Below, piece after piece: positions 11,834 to 24,540 of a DNA stretch of 64,000 nt (the first letter of the stretch is position 1; each line of letters begins with the position of its first letter). Source of the stretch: Octopus bimaculoides (lineage: Eukaryota); the NCBI RefSeq assembly GCF_001194135.2, contig NC_068987.1:13471831-13535830 (forward strand), given 5' to 3'. The position numbers and the translations under genes were made by a program. Below the pieces are notes generated by a model that was not told where the DNA came from, did no database searches, and was given only the letters and a program-made list of their open reading frames with translations.

Positions 11834-14532
11834 TTCTGCTGAGAAATATAACCACAGAAGGGTTAAACAGAAGTCAAATCTGTTAAAATTGGATATTATA
11901 GTCAATTTCAAATGCTATCATATTATACCACATCGACTAAGGAAACCTTTATGTGATCATTCAATCTGTTAAAAATAGTAGCCATATCTCCCTCATATCA
12001 CACTAATGTTTTACAAAAAGGGGAAGAATATCTTAGCTTATAAAAACCGTTTTTATTTCAGACTAACACAAAATATGTATCATTTATTTTTAATGTGTTT
12101 GAAGATTTTTCATTTATTTTGATTCAACCCATGACAATTAGAAAGGGCAGAATAACAGAGTAACAAGTCTCTTTGAGAAGTTTCTCTGAAACAAAACATG
12201 AAAGCTGGTGCCTTCCCATGTTAATATCAACATTATAAACATTATATAAATTGTTATTTTAGCCCTTTTACAGAGGAAATCAGATATATCCACTCCAAAT
12301 ATCAATACTTTTAACTGGAGAAAGCAGTTTTATATACCAACCTATATTTTTGTTGAAGAATATCAAGTTTATTGAAGCAACATGACATGCAGAAAATACT
12401 AATTCTATCTTGTGGCAGATATTTAACATTACTGGAATAACCATGAAATTTAATTCTAAAGTTACAGGATTAACCTAATGCTGTTTCTAGTGTGTTTATT
12501 AATTTAATTCTAGCTTGACCAGCTTTTGCATGAATCAGTAAACAGAGCAATCATTTTCTAACCTGCCCCCACTGCTATTTAAAATCATGCTAATTATTGA
12601 ATTAATTTCTATTATTTAATTAAGTCCATGGCATCATTTATTAATTTTTCTTTTTTTTTTTATAAAAAATATTGTTTAAATAAGAAAATCTCACAAAATA
12701 ACAGTCAAAGATTAGAAAAAAAGTCGATGTAGTTCTTCCACATGATAGGAGTGCAAATAACTTTAAGAATAAATGCATTTTAACCACAGCTTTGATATGA
12801 TCTTTCAGTATTTCAAAGATAGCATTTTTCTTGGTAAATTTCATGAAATAAAATCCAAAAATTGAGTAAAGAAAATGTTCTTTAACAGGATATGACTGTA
12901 AACAAATATTTAATTATTGTCTGTGGTAAACAAGTGGTGATTATTCTACATGAAAATAGTCTCTAATCAAGCAAATAATTCTGTTACCTGTTAAGTGAGA
13001 CAGAAAAACTAAATTAATGTCTGCCCTGCTTGTGGTAAAAAAAAAAAAAATTGAAAAACAAACTTGAGGTGAATAGAGATGAATGAATGCAACAGGTAAT
13101 TTTCATGTGAGTATGGTAAGGAATCCTGATGTCAATATAAAAAAATATATATATATGGACGTGTATGAACAATGATGTGAATATTGTGAGACAAGGAAGA
13201 ACAATGAGCAATGAGAAATGGCTATGTGGAATTCTATGTGAATGCAAGAGATTAATAGAAATAGAGCCACAACTAATAATAGTTATATAATAAAGATTTG
13301 GATCAGAGTTTATTAAAGTTTGATTATATTGCTGTTCTCCTTTTGCTTTTCGCTTCTTTTCTTTTATTATTCAAGTTGAAGCTTAACAGAAGAACTTAAG
13401 TCTAGTAAACACTCTCTTCTAAGTTATCATTAAAGAATTAACAGAACAGTAAAGGAAAAAAAAAAACTATTTAAATATTATAAGAATAGGTTTCACTAGA
13501 TGGAGATGATAAGGATGAAAAAAAGGTACAAGTGGTTGTAGATGAGAGCCAGTGAAGCAGTGATTGTGAAAATATGCGATGACATAGCTGAAACTGAGGC
13601 TGACAGAGGTGACATGAAGAGAGAAAGAGAGAAAGATAAAAAAAAACAATGATGGAGAGAATAGCTGGAAATGAATGAATTTACTGTAACCCTTTTTTTT
13701 CTTTCTGTGTGCACAACACATTTTGCAAATTATGTTGCTCCGTGTTTAGCTTTTTTTTCTTTTGGTATACTTCAAAAAACATTGCTAACTATGAAGAACT
13801 ATGAAACAAAGATGAACAACAAAAGCCTAATCTAGCGAGACTAATAAGCCTGGCAAGACTAATAAGCTAAAATACATAATATATATATATATATATAAAA
13901 AAAAAAGATAAATAAAAAGCAGCAGAAAACAAACATTTAAAAATTAGCAATCAATCTGCTATTTTGTTTAGAATAGTGGACTTCAAAAATAACTGCTGGC
14001 AGGTGAACCAAGATGGAATAAAATAGCATCAAAAATTAAATCTATGATGTTATTTTGATGAGTAGAGTTAAGTAATTAAGGATATGAAAATATACAGGCA
14101 AGGTTGAAGTTTAACCTATAGAATTATTGTGTTAAATTATCAAAAGTACCATTGTATAATCTGACAAAATTTTACACAATGGTATATATGAAATGGAAAT
14201 ACCAAATAATAATAACGGTAATAATAATGTATTTCCATATGAATCTTCTCAAATTGAATTTTATAAAATTTCCCACCAAAGAGGAAATGTTTTAGTCACA
14301 ACATTCAGTTCTAACAAAAACAACAATGATAAGCCAATGCAGAAAGAAAATTCGTTGCAGTTATAAAGTATATTAGGATTGAGCTTACAGTTATGTCATG
14401 TTATGTATGTGTGTGTGAGACAGGTCTTTATGGTGCCAGTATGTTCCTGCTTCAAGATGATTCTTAGCAGTAATGAAGAAATACCCTTTCTTTCCATTTA
14501 AATAAAATTTTCTTTATATTTGCCTAGGTTAT

Positions 14533-14577
<45 letters not shown>

Positions 14578-14580
<3 letters not shown>

Positions 14581-15024
14581 CCTTCCTACTATAGGCACAA
14601 GGCCTGGAACTTTGGGAGAGGAGGCCTAGTTGATTACATTGAACCCAGTGTGTAACTGGTACATATTTCATCAACCCCGAAAGGATGAAAGGCAACATCG
14701 ACCTCGGCAGAATTTGAACTCAGAACACAGGGAGGAATGAAATGCCACTAAGCATTTTGCCCAGCATGCTGATGATTCTGCCAGCTCTCTGCCCTCATAT
14801 AATAATAATCCTTTCTACTATAGGCACAAGGCCTGAAATTTTGGGGAAGGGGATGATTCGATTACATCAACCCCAGTGCATAACTGGTACTTAATTTATC
14901 AACCCCCAAAAGATGAAAAGGCAAAGTCAACCTTGGTGGAATTTGAACTCTGAATGTAAGGATGAATGAAATGCCGCTAAGTATTTTGCCTGGCATGCTA
15001 ACAATTCTGCTAGCTCGCCGCCTT
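14578..15024 (-). mobile_element. Two near-full-length tandem SINE family A copies (14578-14795, 14805-15024) embedded in (AAT)n
   Basis: Both show cctttctactataggcacaaggcctg...gaaaggcaa...gatttgaactc...ccagctc and are flanked and separated by AAT repeats. Confidence 0.9.
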
Positions 15025-17800
15025 CATATAATAATAATAATAATAATAACAATAATAATAATAAAGGAGTAATTTCCTAAGGAACATAATGCGGATATAT
15101 TTAGTTAAATTACTAATATTGATATATTCGATAAAAATTTATTGCAAATTTTATTCAATGAAAATTTAATGCAAAATTATCAGCTGGACAGCATTACAGA
15201 ATATTTGATGAAAGAAAGCGTTACTGTAACAGCAGATGGAACATATTTCTGGCAGATAATGGGTATATATATAGAAATATACCATATTATAATGAAAGGT
15301 GTTATCAACACAAAACAGTATGTTGTTTGAGTGGAAGACTACAGTAGTGCATCTATTGCAGTTGAGACAACAACAAAAAAAGAAAGAAAAAAAATTAGAA
15401 ACAAAAAAAAAAACAAACAAGTATGTACAGTGATTCTGTGCTCCTTTTATGGGGCACTACTAACCTTATTACTGTGTTCTGATCCAGTCCATATCTGGTA
15501 AAATAACAGAGCACAGGGTCAAGTATAAAAAAAAGGAACGTAACAGGGACAAAACTTTGGGCACAAAATGGGATTAATCTCTTTCATGCTTCAGTTGGTT
15601 CATGAAAGTTGTCTAAGATTCTTAAGAAAGACCCTAATGTCAGATGTAAAAAATGGACTGAATGGAAAATGTTAAAAGAGATAAAATGGTCAAGAGGAAA
15701 ATGGTCATGGAAAAATAATTTCAGAAAGCCAGAAATGCAGGAGAATTTATGCAAAAAAGAAATAAATAATAACTAAAAAAATTCTTTTTTAATTTTAAAA
15801 TGGGATGGTGATGTTATTTCCAAGGGAAGCCAAGACCAAATATTTTTTTAAAAAACCTTGGTTCTGTGACATATTACCAATATTATCAATAAAAATTTTC
15901 GAACCTACTTTCACGAGAAGATATAAGTGTGGATTATAAGAAGACCACACTTATTAAAAAAGGAATGTAAAAACAAAATGAATATTCTAGAATAAATTCT
16001 AGTTATTTTAGCCTAATAAATATAAGAGTCGGGGTTAGATATTTTAGATAAACACTCTCTCAAGATTCAACAGAGTATTAAAGAGTTAAAACTTTATTTT
16101 CGAAGTACTTCTCTACTGTCTATCTGTCTCTTTCCAAACAAACAAACACACAGAAATCTAACATTAATATGCCTGAGTGCATAAGGTGTTTGAACTACTA
16201 GCTCATGAACTGTGAGATCAAATCAACTATATTCTATCAATTCTATAGACCTTAATTCATTTAACAGTTACCAGATCTTCATGACATATTAGTTGCATTA
16301 AACTGGTGTCCCACCTAAGGAAAGGAATTCATTCCACTTAGTCACAAAATATCACGGTACTACAATGATTTCTATATATCTTTAATCCTTTTGCTACCAT
16401 ATTTCTGTTGAAATACACTTGCCCTGTCTCATTTAATTTCGAAAGTAATTTAGAATTTTGTGAAACAACATAGTCAATTACTAAGCTGGTGTTTGGAATA
16501 TAAGTTAACATTTTGATGGATGTTTCTAATTTAGATCCCTTTAAAACAGGGAATTTGTATCATAGAACCAAAAGTAGTTTCAGGGTGAATGCCTCTGAAT
16601 CAGTATTTCCTTAGCAAAAACTGCTCAGCTCATGTCTTTTACTGGACCATTAGAGAGATGGATGCTATAGTTAGTACTGTTATCTAAGACATATCTCTTT
16701 TTATTTACCACATTAACATTAACTGGTTGAAGTTTGTTAAAGCAAATATTTTAAAGTTTCCTTCAGCTAACCACTCAGCTGGTAGTTGAACCTGTTTTGT
16801 CAGCCTAGAATAGCAAGGAAGGGAGAGTTATATAACATCTCTAGGGGTACAACTCTAATATACTAGTGATTGTATAACTATTTTATCAATTCCAAATATA
16901 CAAAGCTTAGTGATTTAGGGACTGGGTTCATGATCCTAAGGTGGGGGGGGGGTTGATTCCTGGGCTAGGCACTGTATTATGCCAGTGTATAGTTAGTTCA
17001 CATTACTTAACAAGGAGCATAGGGCTGGTTTCCTGGTTTCTCTGGCATATACAGTATATTCTTCCCTGGATACGATGATATTCTGTCAGAGGATTGCTCG
17101 TTTTTATCAGTTGAGTGGAGTGGAGCAACATGAAATGAAGTGTTTCACTTAGAAACACACTGCATCATCTGGTCCAGGAATCGAAACCACAATCTTACAA
17201 TCATGAGTCCATCACCCTATCTATTAAGCCATGCACCTCCATGTGTAAGGCACTTCATTTCATATGACATTAACTGTCACATCCTCTATTACTCTGCTGG
17301 GTCAAGGACAGTAGAATCTGTTTGCTCACACTAAGCAAAAACAATTACAGAAAGCATGATACATGCTACCAGCTCATGTGCAACACACTAGTGAGTAATG
17401 GTTATGGTTTATGGTTTCATCTATTCTATTCATCGCTGAACAACATAATGTGTAAAAGGCTGAAAAATCATGAAAGATTCCTACAAGTTATAGGTGCAAG
17501 CTGTTGATTAATCTAGATTATTAGAAATACAAAATGTAACAGCTTCAGGTTGCTAGGCAGAATTAGAAAGCCGACTACAATATCTTGATAAGGTGATTGT
17601 TCAACAAATACACAGAAAATTAAATAAATATAATGTCACAGAATGATTAATGCAGTAACAACTTGGAACACAGAAGAAACTATAATGTTAAACAGGCAGT
17701 TCTTGGTCCTTAAAACTATCTTAGCCAGCAGAAGTGTGAAAATGTTTAATTTTTTTCTTGCCATTTATGTACATAATGATCAATATTGTAACTCTTTTAT

Positions 17801-17840
<40 letters not shown>

Positions 17841-17842
<2 letters not shown>

Positions 17843-18538
17843 CCTTACTACTAAAGGCACAATGCCTGAAATTTGGAGGGAGGGATGTAGTCGATTACAT
17901 CACCTCTGATGCTCAACTGGTACTTATTTTATCAACCCAGGAAGGATGAAAGGCAAAGTCAACTTTGGTGGAATTTGAACTCTCAACATAAAGTGGGACT
18001 GAACTCAAAACCACATGGTTGCAAAGCGAGTTTCTAAACCACACAGCCAAAATAACAGAGGAAAAGAGAAATAAGATGATGAGAACAACAGAACTACTCA
18101 AGAAATCTAATTGAAACCAAATTCATTTTCAGTAAAACGTATTTTAGAATCTAAATATACTGTATAAACATTTAGGAACGTCTGACAATAGCGTTCGTGA
18201 AAACATTATTCTGAATACTTGGTAATTCATTTACATAATCCTCATTATCTACTGTGTTTCTCACCTATGCATGGCACAGCTATCAGCTGATCACTTCAGT
18301 AACTCCTGAGCTGCTTTAGAATTTTTTTAACAACAAATGCCTGTGAGCATTTTCAAATAGTTTATTCTGTCTCTCCCACACATTGAGAGCTACACAGAGC
18401 CACATGTAATGTCATTCAAATACACACACACACAATAACAGTTTCTAAACTAAAAGTAGCTCCATGTAATAATGAGCCATAATCTTGTCCTAATGTCACA
18501 AATTTTTATGGATGGGGCACAATTTATTAAGCCACTCC

Positions 18539-18574
<36 letters not shown>

Positions 18575-18965
18575 TAATAATAATCCTTTCTGCTATAGGT
18601 ACAAGGTCTGAAATTTGGTGGGGAGGGTACTAGTCAACTACTTCAACCCCAGTATTTAACTGGTACTTAATTTATTGACCCCCAAAAGGATGACAGGCAA
18701 AGTTGACCTTGGCAAAATTTGAACTCAAAACGTAAAGACAAAATGTCACAAACCATTTTGCTTGGCGTGCTAACGATTTTGCCAGCTCACTGCCTTAATT
18801 ATGATAATAAGAATGTCTTGTAGAGCTTCTATAGAAAGTTTGCCTCTTAGGATTAGGAAAGATTATCAGAACAGTTTTGAGGGCTTGAAAGAGTATTGAA
18901 AGCTTGTGGATATCTAAGATTACGGGCACATAAGTTCCACTAGGCATAAGTATTTGAGCCAAATC

Positions 18966-19006
<41 letters not shown>

Positions 19007-19125
19007 GTTTAAGGGGTTAAGTTGATTACATTGACACCCAGTGTTCAACTGGTACTTATTTTATCGATCCCAGAAGGATGAAAGGTAAAGTCGACCTTGG
19101 ATGAATTTGAACTCAGAACATAAAG
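17841..19125 (-). mobile_element. Three SINE family A copies (17841-17995, 18582-18795, 19004-19125), each next to (AAT)n
   Basis: Same diagnostic motifs, same orientation. Confidence 0.85.
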
Positions 19126-19877
19126 ATGAAATAATAATGATGATGTTAATACCACTACTATAATTGGTAGCAACAACTGTTTCTAATCTAGGCACAAGCT
19201 CAAAAATCTTTGATTAGCTGATTAACACTGACACCAGTATTTTTTAAAATTTCCATTTTTTTTTTAAATCTTAAGTCCTGATGTAATTTTTTTTTTTTCT
19301 TTTAGCATGAAGTCACAAATCTGCTAGAGAGGGAGGTGTGTAGTTGATTGAAATGAATATAGTAAAACAACAATGTTGATTGGAAACCTTATCATGCACA
19401 AGACCAGGCATTTTAGGACAGGGCACAGACCATTAAGTAACTCTAGTACTCGATTGATTCTCAACTTATTGACCTCTTAAAGGACGACAAGTAAGTATGA
19501 TCTCCGCAACATTTGAACTCAGGGTGTAAAGGGACATAACTAAATACTCCAAAGCAGTTTAAAAATACAAAAAAAAAAAAAAAGTTCCCATCATTAATAA
19601 AACTATTTCCTCTAATCTGTTTTGTAGATAACTCCAGGCAAAGTAAAGCCGAAACAAGCTAAAATTTTTAAACTATTCTTCTTCCGATAAATATTAACAT
19701 AAATATCAACGCAGTTTAAATTTTACAAAAAATTAAATAGCAAAAAAATGTATATCTAAGATCACTGAAGATGAAAATTATTTCTTTTCAAGTTGTAGAT
19801 AATCTTAAGAAATTTGATAAGAAAAACCTTGAAAAATTATACTCTGAATCCAGTATAGAAAAATATATAGATAACAA

Positions 19878-20489
19878 NNNNNNNNNNNNNNNNNNNNNNN
19901 NNNNNNNNNNNNNNNNNNNNNNNNNNNNNNNNNNNNNNNNNNNNNNNNNNNNNNNNNNNNNNNNNNNNNNNNNNNNNNNNNNNNNNNNNNNNNNNNNNNN
20001 NNNNNNNNNNNNNNNNNNNNNNNNNNNNNNNNNNNNNNNNNNNNNNNNNNNNNNNNNNNNNNNNNNNNNNNNNNNNNNNNNNNNNNNNNNNNNNNNNNNN
20101 NNNNNNNNNNNNNNNNNNNNNNNNNNNNNNNNNNNNNNNNNNNNNNNNNNNNNNNNNNNNNNNNNNNNNNNNNNNNNNNNNNNNNNNNNNNNNNNNNNNN
20201 NNNNNNNNNNNNNNNNNNNNNNNNNNNNNNNNNNNNNNNNNNNNNNNNNNNNNNNNNNNNNNNNNNNNNNNNNNNNNNNNNNNNNNNNNNNNNNNNNNNN
20301 NNNNNNNNNNNNNNNNNNNNNNNNNNNNNNNNNNNNNNNNNNNNNNNNNNNNNNNNNNNNNNNNNNNNNNNNNNNNNNNNNNNNNNNNNNNNNNNNNNNN
20401 NNNNNNNNNNNNNNNNNNNNNNNNNNNNNNNNNNNNNNNNNNNNNNNNNNNNNNNNNNNNNNNNNNNNNNNNNNNNNNNNNNNNNNNNN
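19878..20489. other. Assembly gap (N run); other gaps at 35138-35147, 41326-41446, 43254-43353, 44981-45068, 62308-63063
   Basis: N runs, mostly bounded by microsatellites; they could hide small exons. Confidence 0.99.
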
Positions 20490-20547
20490 ACAAAGACAGA
20501 AAAAAAGAGATAGAAACCCCTAACATAGCAAGGGTAATTCCACTCAC

Positions 20548-20684
20548 CTCTCGTCACTATGGGCTAAAGCTGCTGCCACCCTTTCTAACCGTATTGAACG
20601 AGGAGTTGGTGGACTTGATTCACATTTAATTTGATGACCTTCTTCTGGAATCGCACTGTCGTCACGACTGTATTGAACAGCAGG
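20548..20684 (-). CDS. Liprin-alpha (PPFIA): Liprin-alpha linker exon (PAVQYSRDDSAIPEEGHQIKCESSPPTPRSIRLERVAAALAHSDER), 137 nt, phase 0 to 2
   Basis: Acceptor tttttccttcttccag|CCT, donor GAG|gtgagt; IKCESSPPTPR resembles vertebrate IKCETSPP and RLERVAAALAHS resembles the fly RLERVAQALAHS segment as I recall them. Confidence 0.92.
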
Positions 20685-21454
20685 CTGGAAGAAGGAAAAA
20701 TGCATTATATTGAAGACATCGAGAGAAAGAAAAGAAAAGAAAAGAAGAAAGGAAAAACGGAAAAAGAATCAAAAATTAATTTTTAGTTCAGCTAATTATT
20801 TTCTCGTTTTTTTTTTGTTTGTTTCCTTTTCTTTTTCTTTTCAACATGAACATTACAAAGCAGTTTTCTTAGAGACAATATTGAGAATGGAGTGAAGAAT
20901 AACACAGTAGCAGTACTGAGTTGAATCTTTGCTTTTCAATCCCATTCTAGTGATATTAGTGATTATTTAGGAATGAGAGAGAGAGAGAAAAAGAGAGGAA
21001 AGAGATGGAAAAAAAGGTAAAAAATGAAGTAATAACATTAGAGACAGATAAAATAAGTAGATGCAGGATATAAGAGTTGGATGTCACATGTGAAGAATGA
21101 AGTTGTTATCAATATAAAATTTAAGTTTGCAGAGGAAAATGAAAAGAGGTTGAAAGATAATTTGAACATGAAACTGAAACTTCGAATTTAGAAATTTAAA
21201 GAAAAAAAAAACAGAAAAAAAAACTTTATATCATTCAAATTATGCTAAGTAAATAGGAAATTAATATGTAGGTACACTGGATGAAATGATAAATTATTCA
21301 GGGAGATATTAACAATAAACTACAAATCAGAATATTTTCTTCTTTTTGATCAAAAATAGTTATTCTTTTTGTTTTTTGTTACCCAAACTATGTTCATAAA
21401 AGTTGGATATATAAAATAAATACTACAGCATTTATACATTTCCAAACAAAGCAA

Positions 21455-21590
21455 ACACACATATATATATATATACATACATACACACACATATATATAT
21501 ACACATACATATATAAACACAATTACATACATACACACTCACAAATATATACACATACATACATATACAAATACATATATACCTCGACAA

Positions 21591-21625
<35 letters not shown>

Positions 21626-21635
21626 CATACATATA
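21455..21635. repeat. Compound (TA)n/(CA)n microsatellite; many others, e.g. 22975-23030, 28945-29035, 32030-32095, 46840-46900, 49785-49890
   Basis: Directly visible. Confidence 0.95.
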
Positions 21636-22970
21636 AAAGAGAATTTCCTCCCATTTTGAAATATCCTAGAAGCTATTGGCATATTGTCTTGCACACATAT
21701 CCTACACAAACTAAAGTGAATTTGACATTAGAAGCCTATACATAATTGATAGCCATAAAACAGTGCCACACAGCAGCCTGCATACTACTGTCTCCACAAG
21801 AGAAAGTATAAGAAGAGAGCTGACAGTATCCAGTTTCAATAGACTGTAAAAATTCTGATATATTGGAATCAATGCTGTATTGAAACAAGTCAACGCTTCA
21901 TGAGGCCAAGCATACGAAGAATTAAATGCAGCTTATTGTTCAAATTTTTTTCCCGTTTTTTTTTCTCTCTGCCTAAGATAAATATGAGCAACTCAACAAT
22001 ATATCTTTATCCCCTAAGAGGGAACGCAGAAAAATACATATACGTTTGATTTTAAATTGATTTTACAACTACATTGTTATTGAAATTTGATCACAGTTAT
22101 TTTCTAAACAGTAAGATGAAAGAAGAACTATTTCAACCGAATCACAACCACACAAATACACAAAAAGGAAACTGGACACGGAAAACTTATAACAATAACA
22201 AAACTAGCCATAAAGAAAATAAGACATTAATAATCTCAAATATTTCCAATATTAAAGGAATTATATACTAAGGTTCCCTACACTGAAAAGGGAAAAAAAA
22301 GGCAGTTGATTTTTTAAAAACTGATTCTATTGAAGAAACAAACAACTTGTTTGTGCTATGGATTCCTAAACATACTCCCAGCAGAATTACCTGCTGATGA
22401 CAAATCAATAGCTAATAAAGCAACATGTAATTAGGTGATGATACACTGAAAAATTTGATGGTGGTGGTGGTGAAGGTAGGGAGGAAGGATCTACACAGGA
22501 GTAATTGCAACATCAGCTTGTTGATTTTTGATTTTCTTTTCTTTCATCTTATTTTTTTCTTTCGATATTTTAGAAATTTGAAAATAAAATAAAATGAAAT
22601 AAACTAAATAAAAGACAAACAACTACATTAAAAATAATTTCTAGATTCCTGCTTCTTAAGATGTGCATGTGTTCCACAAGAAAATGGAACAAGATGCAGT
22701 GCCAAAAGGAGAGAGAGAGACACAGAGAGAGAGAGAGAGAGAGAGATAACTGTGGGGGGAGGTGGAATACAGGTATTATCTATTCAGACTACAACTTCTC
22801 TGATATATGCCAAAATTAGTAGCTACCAAAAAGCTGATGTCTTGAAATCAATGTCAGATTTTACAAGCACGCACAACAAGGAAGGTGTTGTTTCAGCTCG
22901 AAGCACTGATGCAGATATTACAGGAAGTCATTTTTCTTCCTTTGATTTCACTGAAAGGATGACGGTTTCA

Positions 22971-23030
<60 letters not shown>

Positions 23031-23879
23031 ATATATGTGCACATACATACTATGTTGAAAACAACAAAAATGAAACTAGTAATGATTTTTGAACACATCA
23101 CTATCTCGGCATACATGAAAAGGAGCGAGTGTGCATCTATCTACCTAATGCAGTAGTAAAAAAAAAAAAATTGATTTGATAATTTATTATTGCAACAGGT
23201 TCTGTTTTAGAAATATTTAATCAACTACAAGAGCTAGAGACAAAAAGAAAAAAAAAATCTCTACAAAAACTAATTCTGTATCATATAATAATGACAAAAA
23301 AAAAAAAAAATTGCTCAAGAGAATTATTCCTCATAAAAATTCTCACATATAATATAGAATTTAACACTCCCTAATAGCCACCCTTAAAACTTAACCATAA
23401 AACTGTCAGCTAAGTTAAACCTGCATCTATTAAGTACAGTAAAATCTATTTAATAGTCTAATGTAAAGAAGAGCTCATTAGTAGTATTAAGAAAGTCAAT
23501 ACTCGCTCATCTGATAGCCTGATTCAAACAAAGTAGAATCTCGCATAATACTGAAAAGAACACAACCACAAAAACAAACAGTAAAGATATACATCTTCCA
23601 TTATAAGAACAGTAAGAAAAAAAAACTGATATTAACAATTTTGTCCCTGCGTTAAAAGCTCTGCCAGCAAGTAATACTCCTTCATTGCATATCTGTATGA
23701 TCATACAGCATTCACATACATATTGTTTTCATTACTTGCTGGGGCTGGAGGAAGGGACAGAGCTCATGACTCTAGCAGACCCTTCAAGACTGGTGAAGTT
23801 GATGCCATTAATGTTTTGCTTAAACCAATAACAGCCAATTTGTGGCCGGCAGCCACAGGGCTTTCTGAATGGCAAGCCT

Positions 23880-24222
23880 GATCTTTTATCTTTCGCTTGT
23901 TTCAGTCATTAGACTGCGGCCAAGCTGGGGCACCACTTAGAATTTTTAGTCGAATGAATCAACTCCAGTACTTATTCTGTCGGTCTCTTTTGCTGAACTG
24001 TTACATCACAGGGACGCAAACACACCAACACTGGTTATCAAACAGTGGTGGGAGACAGACACAGACATACACATATATGACATGCTTCTTTCAGTTTCCG
24101 CCTACCATATCCATTCACAAGGCTTTGGCTGTAGTAGAAGACACTTTCCCAAGGTACCATACAGTGAGACTGAACCTGGAAACATGTGGTTGGAAAGCAA
24201 ACTTCTTATCACACAGTCACGC
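23880..24222 (-). mobile_element. SINE family B, antisense copy
   Basis: Reverse complement of the family B tail (ttgtttcagtcattagactgcggcc) through the head (gaacctggaaacatgtggttggaaagc). Confidence 0.85.
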
Positions 24223-24289
24223 TTGATGAAAAATTACCTAGGATTGTTTTAGTAGTGCATCCCACCTGATGATAAGTCCTGTCTCATAT

Positions 24290-24540
24290 GGTTTACTTCT
24301 CGGAAAAGGTTGTCATTGCCTAGTTTAAACTGTTAAATGCTTGCAGGAAAGGCATGAGCGGAGAAGAAATTCTAGAGAGCCATTGCTCTGGAGAAGAAGA
24401 ATTGAGCAAAGAAGACAGGGTGGGGAATGGGGTAGGACACTATGAAGATGATGAGAGGTGGAGAGATAAGTGGGTTAGAGGTAGCTGAGTGGTGGATGTA
24501 AAAGATTAGCTAGAGTCCTCACAGTCACTGGAAATGCTTA
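24290..24540 (-). mobile_element. Possible very old CR1/L2/Jockey-type LINE 3' remnant; similar remnant at 60540-60840
   Basis: Reads FFSRAMAL*N...FPASI*QFK, reminiscent of FFSRT..LWN.LP..FP...FK; heavily decayed. Confidence 0.4.

Noticed and set aside
13490-13700. Pyrimidine-rich minus-strand block with stacked CAG acceptors
   Set aside because: No usable donor downstream; treated as low-complexity intron sequence.
14520-15065. Repeat-spacer-like alternation suggesting a CRISPR array
   Set aside because: Units are about 220-nt SINE copies separated by AAT microsatellite in a eukaryotic intron; no cas genes.
22752-23156. 134-aa plus-strand ORF, and a minus-strand acceptor near 22950
   Set aside because: The ORF includes a (TG)n tract and has no recognisable domain; the acceptor leads to stops in all three frames.
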